Notes: a model not told the origin generated them from the letters alone. A DNA stretch of 64,000 nt from an uncultured Acidimicrobiaceae bacterium (GCA_963700265.1 CAVOWX010000002.1:343648-407647), one strand, 5' to 3'; counted from the stretch's first letter, positions 51,603-61,052 are shown. Numbers and translations are program-made.

Positions 51603-54464
51603 TCAGGCGAAGGCGGCGGTGTACTCGTCCGCCCATTCGGTAGTGGTGAAGCGGTCACGGAACGAAGGTGGTCCGGCCGTCGTGGTTGACGATGAGGTGA
51701 GCGCGGCGAACGCCGAACGAGACCCGTTCTCGGCGCCGCCGTCACCGGCGAGGTCGAACGTGACATCACCGATCGGGATCGACCCGCTGGCGCCACCGAG
51801 GAATGTGTCGACGGAGTAGGTGATGCGACCGGAAAGCTTGAGGTCTTCGTTGGCTGATCGGTAGCGTGCCGACGCGACGATGCCGACACTGACGTCGAGA
51901 AGACCGAGCACCGAGATGTTGCCTTCGATCCCGACCGAACCGATGAACGTGATGTCCCCGTCCCTGAGCTTGAACAGCGCCGAGATGCGCAGCGTGATGT
52001 CGGCGGACGCCACCACGATGTCGATTCCGTAGAGCATCGCTTCGAGCTCGACGCTGGCCGTGAGTCGACGTAAACCCCCGTTGCCGGGAGAGATCTCGAC
52101 TTCGATGTAGAACTCGGCGCCGTATCCCAACACGCTGATCTCGACTGGCTGGGCAGCCGAGCCGAGCCCGAGCGACACGTCGGGAACGAATCCTGCCGTG
52201 AATGGGAGGTCGATCCCGGCAAAGATCGCGGCGTTGCTGATCGACACCACACCGAGATCAATTGCGGGAAGGGGAATGTCGGTTGCGATCTCGAGGGCCA
52301 ACGGGGTGATGTTGATCAATCCGTCACCGAGCTTGTCGAGCAGGTTGGTGAGTGGCTGCAACCAGGTCAGCAGCGAACCCCATCGCCAGTCCTCCAGCCG
52401 CGGATCGACACGGAGGCCGTCGGACGTGCTCTCGATCACTTCGACACGGCTGAAGTCGAGTTCGACCATGGCGGCGAACGGAGGGATCGTCACCGTGACG
52501 TCGTCGAGCCGGATCGTGAGGGTGTTGTCGGGCTCGCCATCGATCGGGACACATGAGACGTTCTCGATGAACGCCCGCGGATCATTCCCACGCACCTCGA
52601 AGCCGAGATCGGGGAAGGATTGGATCTTCGGCGTGAATGTGAAGACGGCCTTGAACCCCGACTCGTCGAAGCTCACGTCGAGCCCGGGAACGTCGACTCC
52701 CGGGAGCGCATCGCCGAAACTGATCGGCGGCATGATCCGATCGAGTGGGATGAATCCAAGCAGGCTCGACGCGGTGCCGAGCGCATCTTCGGCCGAGAAC
52801 TCCTGCGTGATGTCGACCAGGTCGAGACCGACGCCAACGGTCTGATTGAACACCTCGGCAACCAAATCGATCGCGGCAACGGCTCGAGCCGCACCGCCCA
52901 ATGCCTTCTCGACGGCTACGTCGAGTTTGAGGAACGCTTGATCGAAGTTGGTTGCGTCGAGTCCGAACTCGATCCAACGATGGTGCAGCGTGACGAGCAG
53001 CTCAGCGAACTCGTCACCGACTGCCGCGCTGATCGCATCGTCGATGATGGTGGCCCACTCGACCTCTGGGAACAGACCGAGCCGGAAGGCGTCCTCTAGG
53101 TCGGTCGTCGAGGCGCCGTCGGCACCTGTGAAGGTCAGCTGCACCTGGTTGGTCGAGAATGTCGTCTTGCCGAGACCTACTGCTAGTTCGTCGGCGAATG
53201 CCACCGACTGACCTTTGAGATCGAACGTTCGGCGCGACTCCGAGCCCGCCGCTGACAACAGGGCCGTGACCCGTTGGAGGGTCGCGCCCGGCGCCGTGTC
53301 GAAGGCGTGCTCCTTGTCGATGATCGTTGCGCCGAGCCCGAATGAGATCTGAGATCCTCCAGCACGATCGGTGGCGTCGAAGGACACCACGAGCTGTGTG
53401 CCGTCGTCCTTGACGATGACGTCGAAGGCACCCGGAATCGGCCCGTCGTCATCGGTCACCTCGATCAGCTCGATCGGGATCCACTCAGTGGACACTGCAT
53501 CGATCGAGGCGAACGGAAAGCCTCGTCCACCATGAGGGCGATAGGCCATGCCGGGATCCACCAAGTCGGGATCGGCGCTGTCGAAGGTGACATTCGGCGC
53601 GTCGACGCAGAGAAAGAGCTCGTGCTGTAACACGGCAATCGCCTGCCCGGTCTGGTCCGGTACGAGGCGACGGCTATTGACGTCGAGGATCTTCACTTGA
53701 TGCCCGAAGGGCAAGAGGAATCCCTCCTGCACCACCTCGGCGACAATGTCGCGCCCGGCGAGAACCGTGTGGCGCCAACGCTCGGTCTGGGCGCCGGGCC
53801 AGCGCCCACTGAAACGAGCGAACGCACCCTGGCTCGACAGCTCGAGTCGTCCAGCCTGAGCAGGACCGATCGTGGTGGTGTTGGCGATGAGGTCGTCGCG
53901 GGTGTCGTGGTCGGGGACCGGATTGCTCACGCTGTCCCCGAAGCCGACGTTGTGAACGGCGATCACTTCGAGCGGCGTCGAACCGTCGGATACCAGCTGT
54001 AGCCGCCAGAGTTCGGTGACATCGCCCTCGGTTCGGGGGAACCCAGTAGTCGTCAGCCCAGTCGAACCAGCGGGTGCGACAATGAGCCCAGTCGGGATTT
54101 CCAGCGCAGTCTCGTCGTCACCCGGCTTTCCGGTGTGGGTCGGTGAGCGGAGCTCCCACGTGGCCGTGTGGAGCAGCGCCTCCACGGTGAACGGAAGCGG
54201 AGTCGGCAGTGAGGTGACCAACCGAGACATGCCGGCAGTTCGGCCGATGACCGGTTCGGTCGCGGGAGGACTGACGATCACATCAGCGAACGCGTCCTCA
54301 GCCGCGTGTTGAGCGCCGAACACGACACGCATTCGTGGGTCGCCACCAGGTACCGCATTCAGTTCGTTGGCGGACGAGTCGAGCGTGACGTCGTTGAGTT
54401 CGAGCAAGAGATCGAGTTGATCGGCGGGACGGATGACGCGAACGACAAGAGGGCTGCCACTCAT
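51603..54464 (-). CDS. Large uncharacterised protein A (about 953 aa, acidic, amphipathic beta-strand C-terminus)
   Basis: AGGAG RBS before ATG 54464 (alternative start 54470); ends FRDRFTTTEWADEYTAAFA. Confidence 0.85.
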   Translation of the reverse strand: MSGSPLVVRVIRPADQLDLLLELNDVTLDSSANELNAVPGGDPRMRVVFGAQHAAEDAFADVIVSPPATEPVIGRTAGMSRLVTSLPTPLPFTVEALLHTATWELRSPTHTGKPGDDETALEIPTGLIVAPAGSTGLTTTGFPRTEGDVTELWRLQLVSDGSTPLEVIAVHNVGFGDSVSNPVPDHDTRDDLIANTTTIGPAQAGRLELSSQGAFARFSGRWPGAQTERWRHTVLAGRDIVAEVVQEGFLLPFGHQVKILDVNSRRLVPDQTGQAIAVLQHELFLCVDAPNVTFDSADPDLVDPGMAYRPHGGRGFPFASIDAVSTEWIPIELIEVTDDDGPIPGAFDVIVKDDGTQLVVSFDATDRAGGSQISFGLGATIIDKEHAFDTAPGATLQRVTALLSAAGSESRRTFDLKGQSVAFADELAVGLGKTTFSTNQVQLTFTGADGASTTDLEDAFRLGLFPEVEWATIIDDAISAAVGDEFAELLVTLHHRWIEFGLDATNFDQAFLKLDVAVEKALGGAARAVAAIDLVAEVFNQTVGVGLDLVDITQEFSAEDALGTASSLLGFIPLDRIMPPISFGDALPGVDVPGLDVSFDESGFKAVFTFTPKIQSFPDLGFEVRGNDPRAFIENVSCVPIDGEPDNTLTIRLDDVTVTIPPFAAMVELDFSRVEVIESTSDGLRVDPRLEDWRWGSLLTWLQPLTNLLDKLGDGLINITPLALEIATDIPLPAIDLGVVSISNAAIFAGIDLPFTAGFVPDVSLGLGSAAQPVEISVLGYGAEFYIEVEISPGNGGLRRLTASVELEAMLYGIDIVVASADITLRISALFKLRDGDITFIGSVGIEGNISVLGLLDVSVGIVASARYRSANEDLKLSGRITYSVDTFLGGASGSIPIGDVTFDLAGDGGAENGSRSAFAALTSSSTTTAGPPSFRDRFTTTEWADEYTAAFA

Positions 54465-54502
54465 CACCATGGGCTCCTGAGAAGTTCCGGTTGCATGACC
54501 TG

Positions 54503-54530
54503 CACGACCCGTCACCGGTGTGCTGGATAC
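54503..54530 (-). promoter_or_regulatory. Putative ECF sigma promoter P1: GTATC-N15-GGGTCGTG
   Basis: Minus strand tGTATC cagcacaccggtgac GGGTCGTG; shares the 12-mer TGTATCCAGCAC with P3. Confidence 0.75.
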
Positions 54531-54560
54531 ACAAAACGATGAATTGCCTTCGAGAAAACC

Positions 54561-54588
54561 GTATCCAGACTGTTGGGAGGGGGTCATG
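54561..54588 (+). promoter_or_regulatory. Putative ECF sigma promoter P2 (divergent from P1): GTATC-N15-GGGTCATG
   Basis: Plus strand cGTATC cagactgttgggagg GGGTCATG. Confidence 0.7.
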
Positions 54589-54593
54589 GGTGT

Positions 54594-54719
54594 ATGCCAA
54601 GCCTCGGTCACTTCTACGCAGCCAAACTCCTGACCTCCGGTCTCGAGGCCAGTGCAAGGCGGCCCTCTCGTCGACGTCGACGAGTGTTGCGATGGCTCCG
54701 CCCACGACGTCAGTGCTGA
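54594..54719 (+). CDS. Putative leaderless 41-aa Arg-rich small protein
   Basis: [41 protein letters not shown]; ATG 5 nt after the P2 motif. Confidence 0.5.
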   Translation: MPSLGHFYAAKLLTSGLEASARRPSRRRRRVLRWLRPRRQC

Positions 54720-54859
54720 TGGCTACACGGGAATTCCGAACTCGGCGGCGTTGCCGGGTCGGTACGGCCCGGTCTCGCTGCAGCGACTCCAGCATCGGCG
54801 TGTGGTCTGTTGCGGGCGGGGCGTCGGCGTTGCTTGGCCCACATGGCGGGCAACGAGCG

Positions 54860-56188
54860 TCAGCCGGGGATCAGGCGGTGCAGGGTGCCGCCTCGTTCGA
54901 GTAGGTACAGCTCGCCGTCGGGGCCGGCGCGTATGGTCGACACACTCGAGAATCCGTCGAGCAGGGTGAGGTTGCGGCCGCCGACGAGGTCGAGCGCCCA
55001 CACGATCCCCGAGCAGTAGTCGCTGTACACGTAGGCGGGTTCCAGGTCAGGAATCGCAGCACCTCGGTAGGGCACGCCACCGGAGATCGAGCACCCGTCG
55101 TCGCCGTGGCGGTAGGTCAACACGGGCATGACGGGGTTGGTGTCGGCGACGTCGGCGTTGAATCGTTCGGTGCCCTCGAACGCGCTCCACCCGAAGTCGG
55201 CGCCGCGCCCGGCGGTCGTCCCGTCGATGGCCGTGACGTGATTGACCTCCTCGATCTCGTTCTGGCCGACATCGGCGATCCAGAGGTCTCCGTTGATCGG
55301 GTCGAAGGCGAACCTCCAGGGGTTGCGCAGCCCCCACGCCCACACCTCGGGCGCACCGGTGATGCCGTTGAACGGGCCGGAGGCGAACGGGTTGTCGGCA
55401 GGAATCGTGTACGGGTGGTCACTGGAGGGACGAGGGTCGATCCGCAACAGCGACCCCAGCAAGGTCGACGGATCGCTGGCGTATCGCTGCGGGTCGCCGC
55501 CTGATCCGCCGTCTCCGAGGGCCACGAACAGCATGCCGTCCGGCCCGATTTCCAGGTCGCCGCCGTTGTGGTTCCCGTATGGCTGCTCGACCGTCAGCAA
55601 CACCCGTTCGGCCGCCACGTCGAACTGGCCATCGGCATTCACGGGATACTCGGCGATGACGGTGTCGCCGTCGAGGTCGGTGTAGTCGACGTAGGCCAAG
55701 CTGCCGTCGCTGCTGAACGCCAATCCGAGCAACCCTTGCTCGCTGTCACTCTCGGTTCGATCGGACAGGTCGGCGACCACGCCCGCACCGTCGCTCGTGA
55801 GGCGGACTACACGGCCGCCCTGTTCGACGATGTACAGCGACGCATCGTCGGTTCGGAAAGCGAGATCGACCGGCTGCTCGAACTGGGCGACGGCGACCGA
55901 CGTGACGTTCGGGTCGCCGACCGTCGGCTCGGGCACCGGTGGTGACGAAGCCGTTGGCGGGGCCGGCGTGGGTGCCGGTTCGGGCACGGTGGCGGTCGTG
56001 CCGCCGGGGACCGGTGCTGTCTCCGTTGGGATCACGGTCGTCGCTGCGACGGTGGTCGGTGTGACGGTCGTCGCCGTGACGGTGGTCGGTGTGACGACCG
56101 CCGTGCCGCGTTCGACGGACGAGTCGTCGTCGGCGCACGCCGCCAGCAGCAACAGAGCGACGATCGGCGCCCCGATCCGGGCCATCAT
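54860..56188 (-). CDS. PQQ-dependent sugar dehydrogenase family (GSDH) lipoprotein
   Basis: Lipobox LAAC, Thr/Pro linker, EQGLLGLAF, NHNGG, GDGGSGGDP, GLRNPWRFAFD, ADVGQNEIEEVN, YSDYCSG. Confidence 0.9.
   Translation of the reverse strand: MMARIGAPIVALLLLAACADDDSSVERGTAVVTPTTVTATTVTPTTVAATTVIPTETAPVPGGTTATVPEPAPTPAPPTASSPPVPEPTVGDPNVTSVAVAQFEQPVDLAFRTDDASLYIVEQGGRVVRLTSDGAGVVADLSDRTESDSEQGLLGLAFSSDGSLAYVDYTDLDGDTVIAEYPVNADGQFDVAAERVLLTVEQPYGNHNGGDLEIGPDGMLFVALGDGGSGGDPQRYASDPSTLLGSLLRIDPRPSSDHPYTIPADNPFASGPFNGITGAPEVWAWGLRNPWRFAFDPINGDLWIADVGQNEIEEVNHVTAIDGTTAGRGADFGWSAFEGTERFNADVADTNPVMPVLTYRHGDDGCSISGGVPYRGAAIPDLEPAYVYSDYCSGIVWALDLVGGRNLTLLDGFSSVSTIRAGPDGELYLLERGGTLHRLIPG
56048..56096. repeat. 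19-bp direct repeat at 30-nt spacing encoding the VTPTTV linker
   Basis: gacggtggtcggtgtgacg at 56048 and 56078. Confidence 0.8.
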
Positions 56189-57039
56189 TCCAGCACTCGA
56201 ATCAGGCCCTCCTGCACGACGTTCACCACGAGCTGGCCGGCGGAGTTGTAGATCGACCCGCCCGACAGCCCGCGTGCCGACGAACTCGACAGCGCCCGCT
56301 GGTGGTACAGCATCCATTCGTCGGCCCGCAACGAGCGGTGGAACCACATCGCATGATCGAGGCTGGCCATCATCAAGTTGTCCTTGAACGACGACATCCC
56401 GAACGGTCGCAGCGCCGTGTCGAGCAAGGTCATGTCGCTGGCGTACGTGACGATGCAGGCGTGCAACACCGGGTCATCGGGGAGGGTGCCGTCGGCTCGC
56501 ATCCACACGACCTGCCCGTCGGTCTTGATGCCGGGTTCAGAGGCCGGGTCGGGTGGTACGTACCGGGTGTCGATCGGTCGGGGCCGGTTGTACCAGTCAC
56601 CGAGCTGATGACGGTGAGGCTCCATCCGAGTCCGGAAATCAGGCAGCGTGTCGGGCGCCGGAACACCCTCGGGCATCGGCATGTGGTAGTCGAGCCCCGG
56701 TTCGTCACTGTGGAAGCTGGCCTGGAGGTTGAAGATCGGCCTGCCGTGCTGGATCGCCACCACGCGGCGGGTGGTGAAACTGCGACCGTCGCGCAGCCGG
56801 TCGACTTCGTACAGGATCGGCACGCTCGGGTCGCCGGGACGCAGGAAGTAGGCGTGCAGCGAATGCACGTGGCGACCCGGTTCGTCGACCGTTCTCGCCG
56901 CCGCTACCAGGGCCTGTCCGGCGACCTGGCCGCCGAACACCCGCTGTCGGTCCTCGTCGGGTTGCACGCCCCTGAAGATGTTGACCTCGATCGGTTCGAG
57001 ATCGAGCAGTTCGATCAGGTCCTGGAGTGCGTCCGCCAT
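56185..57039 (-). CDS. tesB: Acyl-CoA thioesterase II
   Basis: VFGGQVAGQAL, HSLHAYFLRPG, RDGRSFTTRRV, YASDMTLL, ASLDHAMWFHR, QEGLIR. Confidence 0.95.
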   Translation of the reverse strand: MADALQDLIELLDLEPIEVNIFRGVQPDEDRQRVFGGQVAGQALVAAARTVDEPGRHVHSLHAYFLRPGDPSVPILYEVDRLRDGRSFTTRRVVAIQHGRPIFNLQASFHSDEPGLDYHMPMPEGVPAPDTLPDFRTRMEPHRHQLGDWYNRPRPIDTRYVPPDPASEPGIKTDGQVVWMRADGTLPDDPVLHACIVTYASDMTLLDTALRPFGMSSFKDNLMMASLDHAMWFHRSLRADEWMLYHQRALSSSSARGLSGGSIYNSAGQLVVNVVQEGLIRVLE

Positions 57040-57083
57040 AGGTCTCCATGCTGCCATGTTGTGCGGTCACCTACGCTGCGGAC

Positions 57084-57770
57084 ATGGGAGATGTCATCGA
57101 GCGTTCATTTGCGCTGCTCGAACCACCGATGTGCAGGGCGCTCGAACTGGCATGGGATTCGGTGCGGGCGGGCAGCCTCGGGATCGGAGCGGTCGCCGTG
57201 CGTCAGGACGGCTCGCTGGTCGCCACGGGACGCAATCGCCTGTTCGAGCATGACCCGGGCGACGACGTGCTGGCGGGGACATCGCTGGCACACGCCGAGA
57301 TGAACGTGCTCGCCAAGCTGAAGCATCGCCAGCACGAGGACGACGGGCTCGTGCTGCACACCACGTTGCAGCCGTGCGTGCAATGCCTCGGTGCGATCAG
57401 GCTCAGTTCGATTCGAGCCGTGCGAGTGCTGGCGCCCGATCCGATCATGCGCGGCGTCGAGCGAATGCGTGACATCACCGGCTTCGTTGCCAGCAACTGG
57501 CCCGTCATCGAGCAGCTCCCGATCTCCGAATGGTCGGTGCTCTCGCTGCTGTTCCCGACCCACACCGGCGTGTTCTGGTCGAGCCCACTGGACGACTGGA
57601 CGCGCCGACTGCCGGGTCTGACCCGTCTCGCCGAGCGGTTGGTCGCCTCCGGAGTGCTCGTCGAAGCAGCCGGCGACGGGGCCGACGTCGTCACCGTGGC
57701 CTCGGCAATCTGGTCCGACCTCACCGACGGCGTCGACGAAGTATTCCAGCTCTCACAAACCCACGACTGA
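57084..57770 (+). CDS. Nucleoside deaminase (cytidine/deoxycytidylate deaminase family)
   Basis: LAHAEMN and TTLQPCVQC zinc motifs. Confidence 0.85.
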   Translation: MGDVIERSFALLEPPMCRALELAWDSVRAGSLGIGAVAVRQDGSLVATGRNRLFEHDPGDDVLAGTSLAHAEMNVLAKLKHRQHEDDGLVLHTTLQPCVQCLGAIRLSSIRAVRVLAPDPIMRGVERMRDITGFVASNWPVIEQLPISEWSVLSLLFPTHTGVFWSSPLDDWTRRLPGLTRLAERLVASGVLVEAAGDGADVVTVASAIWSDLTDGVDEVFQLSQTHD

Positions 57771-57903
57771 TGACGGGATGTGCCAGGAGCGTGAGCCGAT
57801 AGGCGAACTGCGACCAATCGTGACGGGGAGATTCGAGCGGAATGAAAAGGAGCGAAGCGACCTATCCGCTGAATCTCCAGGCACATCCCGTCATCGGTGC
57901 TCA

Positions 57904-60310
57904 TCAGCGGAGGGTGAACTGGACGAGCGGGTCGAACGAATCGAGGTCGTTGGCTTGTAGCGCCGCCGGTGACATGGTCCACAGCACGCCGTTTGCCACG
58001 AGGCTGCGCTGGATCTGTTCCTGGTAGTAGCCGTCGGGGTAGCAGATCTCGAACCGGTCATCGGGGGTCGCCCCAACTGCGGCGAGCAGGTCGTCGACCG
58101 ACGACTCGTCGGCGAGCCAATACTGGATGTCGTCGCCACCGATCGTGTCGCAGAAGCGGCCCTGGTAGCCGCCCTGGTCAGCGTCGCCGCAGACCTGCAC
58201 CACGATCGAGGGTTCGGATGCCAGCCAGAACAGCTCGCTGCTGTCGGGCACGTCGGCCGGATCGATCGAGCGACAATCGCTGACCGGGCCCTGGTCCTCG
58301 GTGACGTGGCTGAACCGACCGATCTCGGTGATCGCGTCGCCGATGTCGAACACGATCACGCCGTTGAACTGGTCGTTCCAGTTCTGGACCGGCACGATCG
58401 CCGTCGATCCGAACATCTGGAACGCGTCGGTGATCCCATTCGGCGGGTGAGTTCGAGTCGGGCAGCGTCCACACCGACACCTCACGCGGGTCGCTCGGGT
58501 CGCTGACGTCGAACAGGCTCAGTTTGAGTCCGGTCTGGAAGCCCTCCTCGGTGGCGTCCTGCCCGATCCCGAGCACCATGTGGTCGCCGACCGGGTGGAG
58601 GTAAGTCGACACGCCCGGGATCTTGAGTTCGCCGGCGATCCGAGGATCGGTCGGCTCGCTGAGATCGAGCACGTAGAACGGGTCGGTCTGGCGGAACGTG
58701 ACGGCGAACCCGATGTCGTCCATCAAGCGGGCCGAGAACAGCTGCTCGCCCTTGCCGATCCCGTCCACCTCACCGACGGCGACCAGCCGATCGTCCTGCT
58801 CCTGGAGTACGACGAGTCGGGTCTCGCTCTGGTTGCGGTCATCCCACGGTGAGCCGTCGGTGCCGATCACCCGCAGGTAGCCCTGGTACTCGTCGAGCGA
58901 GAACTGATTGAGCAGGCTGCCGCGAACGGTGCCGGAGGCGACGTACTCGGTCGGTTCGCCAGGGGCGATCGCAAAGGCGTGCAGGTCGGTCTCGTAGTTC
59001 TCGGACCATGAGCGCCGGAGCGTCTCGTCGCTCGCCAGGTCGGCTCCGGCCCACTTGGTGGTGGCGACGTAGAAGCGGTCGTTCGAGGAATAGATGGTCT
59101 GCCCACCAGCCAGTACGCCGACCGGGCTATTGGGGTCGAAGCTGGTGGCGAGTCCGCTGCTCAGATCGAGGTCGAGCACGGAGATCACCTCGAAGCCGGA
59201 GAACTCGGCGGGATGCTGCATCCGCCCACAGGCGAGCAGCGGTCCGGCATCGGATACGCCATTTCCGGTCAGCTCGTACGAGGGCAGCCAGTCGTCCAAG
59301 GTCGATTCGTCGATGATCTCGCGGTTCGTGTCGGTCGCCCGTTGCTCGCCGGCCTCGCTCTGCGGGTAGACCCACGGCAGTTGGTTGGGGCCGCTCGACA
59401 CCGCCAGTCGAACCGAGTTCCCGATCGCTCGGGCGCTGAGGTACTGGCCTTCGATCCGCATCGAGCCCGAGACCGACAGGTTGTCCGGATCGGACAGGTC
59501 GATCTCGTACACCAGAGCCGCCGGCCCGTAGTACTCCGGTTCGGCGAACTCGCCGCCAGGCTCGACGGAATTCGGATCGTCGGCGAACTGCTCCTCGGCG
59601 TCGGTGTCGGTGGCGTTGTCGTCGAGCGGTTCGACGGGCATCGGGAAGCCCCAGTTGCCGCCGTTGGTGAACAGCAGGGCTCGATCGCCCATGAAGAACA
59701 ACTCGTGGCCCCAGCCTTCCCCCAGCGTGATCTGGTCGGTCAACACCGGTTCGGCGCCGGAGATGTCGACGTAGCTGAGCCGGTTCTCGCTGACCACCAG
59801 GATCCGGTCACCGTCGGTCTTGATGATGTCGGGCTCGTCGATCCCGAGCTCTTGCACGTTCGTTCCGGTGAACGATTCGTCGGAGCCGGCGGTCGAATCA
59901 TCACCAGAGGTGGCGGGAAGCGGTGCCGCACCGTCCGAGTCGCCAGATATCTGGGCGGCCGGTTCCTCGGTGGCCGCCATCTCGTCGACCATGATGTCGT
60001 CTTCGAACCAGTACACCGGGCCGCCATCGAGCCCGTAGGGTCCGACTCGCTCCCTGGCGACCGCCTTCACGTGATCGAGGAAGGCGCTGCAGTCGGCGAA
60101 CGGGGTCAGCGCCCGCACGAACTGTCCAGTGCCGGTGCCCGGGCTGGTCGTGCCAGGGGCGGCGGTTCCGGGGCTGGTCGTTCCGGGTGGGTCGGTAACG
60201 GTCGGTTGACCGTCGGGCACCGTGGTGTTCGGCGCCGAGCTGGGGGAATCATTCGAACAGGCAGCGGCGACGAGCGCCACGCTGACAAGGATCGCTGGGA
60301 GTGCACGCAT
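57904..60310 (-). CDS. Beta-propeller domain lipoprotein, apparent +1 frameshift near 58426
   Basis: Lipobox AAAC, TNVQELGIDEPDIIKTDG, LLNQFSLDEY, TFRQTDPFYVLDL, GELKIPGVSTYLHP; WDHR joins AFQMFG...IQRSLVANGVLWT in another frame. Confidence 0.85.
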
Positions 60311-60361
60311 GATGATTGGACGTTCCTTCAGACCGATCGGTTCCCGACCATCCTGACACCG

Positions 60362-60392
60362 ATGACGGAGTGTGCCAGGCACACTCCGTCAT
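60362..60392. repeat. Perfect 15-bp inverted repeat (REP-like palindrome)
   Basis: ATGACGGAGTGTGCC-A-GGCACACTCCGTCAT; a related half copy lies at 57769-57787. Confidence 0.85.
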
Positions 60393-60413
60393 TAGGCTCG
60401 TAGCCTCTCTGCC

Positions 60414-61052
60414 GTGGCGATCGATCCTGTGCTCCGTGAGCTTGCCCTTGCTACGAAGGGGTTCATGCCTGGTGATGAGGGCGATGCTCTGCACGCGGCG
60501 GCACTGGCGGCGGGGGAGGCCGTGCCGGGGGCGCCGTGGGTCGAGGTTGGCTCGTACTGTGGGCGGTCCACGATCTGGCTCGGCGATGCTGCCCGTCAGG
60601 CGGCCACCGTGGTGTTCGCCGTCGACCATCACCGCGGCTCGGAGGAGAACCAGTCCGGGTGGGAGCATCACGACACCGACGTGGTCGACCAGCGGATCGG
60701 CCGGATGGACACGCTCCCGTTCTTTCGTGCTGCCGTTCACGACGCCGGTCTCGAGGACCACGTCGTCGGGGTGGTCGGACGTTCACCGATCGTCGCCCGC
60801 CACTGGACGACCCCGCTGGCGTTCCTGTTCATCGACGGTGGACATGGTGTTGAACCAGCCCGCGACGACTACGAGGGCTGGACACCGCACGTCGCCGTCG
60901 GCGGAACGCTGGCGATCCACGACGTGTTCCCCGACCCGGCCGACGGTGGTCGCCCGCCCTACGAACAGATCTACCTTCCGGCGCTGGCGAGCGGCCGGTT
61001 CGAGCTGACGTCGGTCACCGGCTCGCTGCGAACCCTCGTCCGCGTGCGCTGA
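60414..61052 (+). CDS. Class I SAM-dependent methyltransferase (Methyltransf_24-like)
   Basis: VEVGSYCGRST, VDHHRGSEE, LFIDGGH, LAIHDVF. Confidence 0.88.
   Translation: MAIDPVLRELALATKGFMPGDEGDALHAAALAAGEAVPGAPWVEVGSYCGRSTIWLGDAARQAATVVFAVDHHRGSEENQSGWEHHDTDVVDQRIGRMDTLPFFRAAVHDAGLEDHVVGVVGRSPIVARHWTTPLAFLFIDGGHGVEPARDDYEGWTPHVAVGGTLAIHDVFPDPADGGRPPYEQIYLPALASGRFELTSVTGSLRTLVRVR

Noticed and set aside
54465-54611. N-terminal extension of giant protein A from 54611
   Set aside because: It runs through P1/P2 and an AT-rich spacer, while the AGGAG RBS supports 54464 or 54470.
41099-54859. Prophage, ICE or contractile injection system call for the accessory region
   Set aside because: No integrase, capsid, sheath, tube, VgrG or conjugation genes were recognised.
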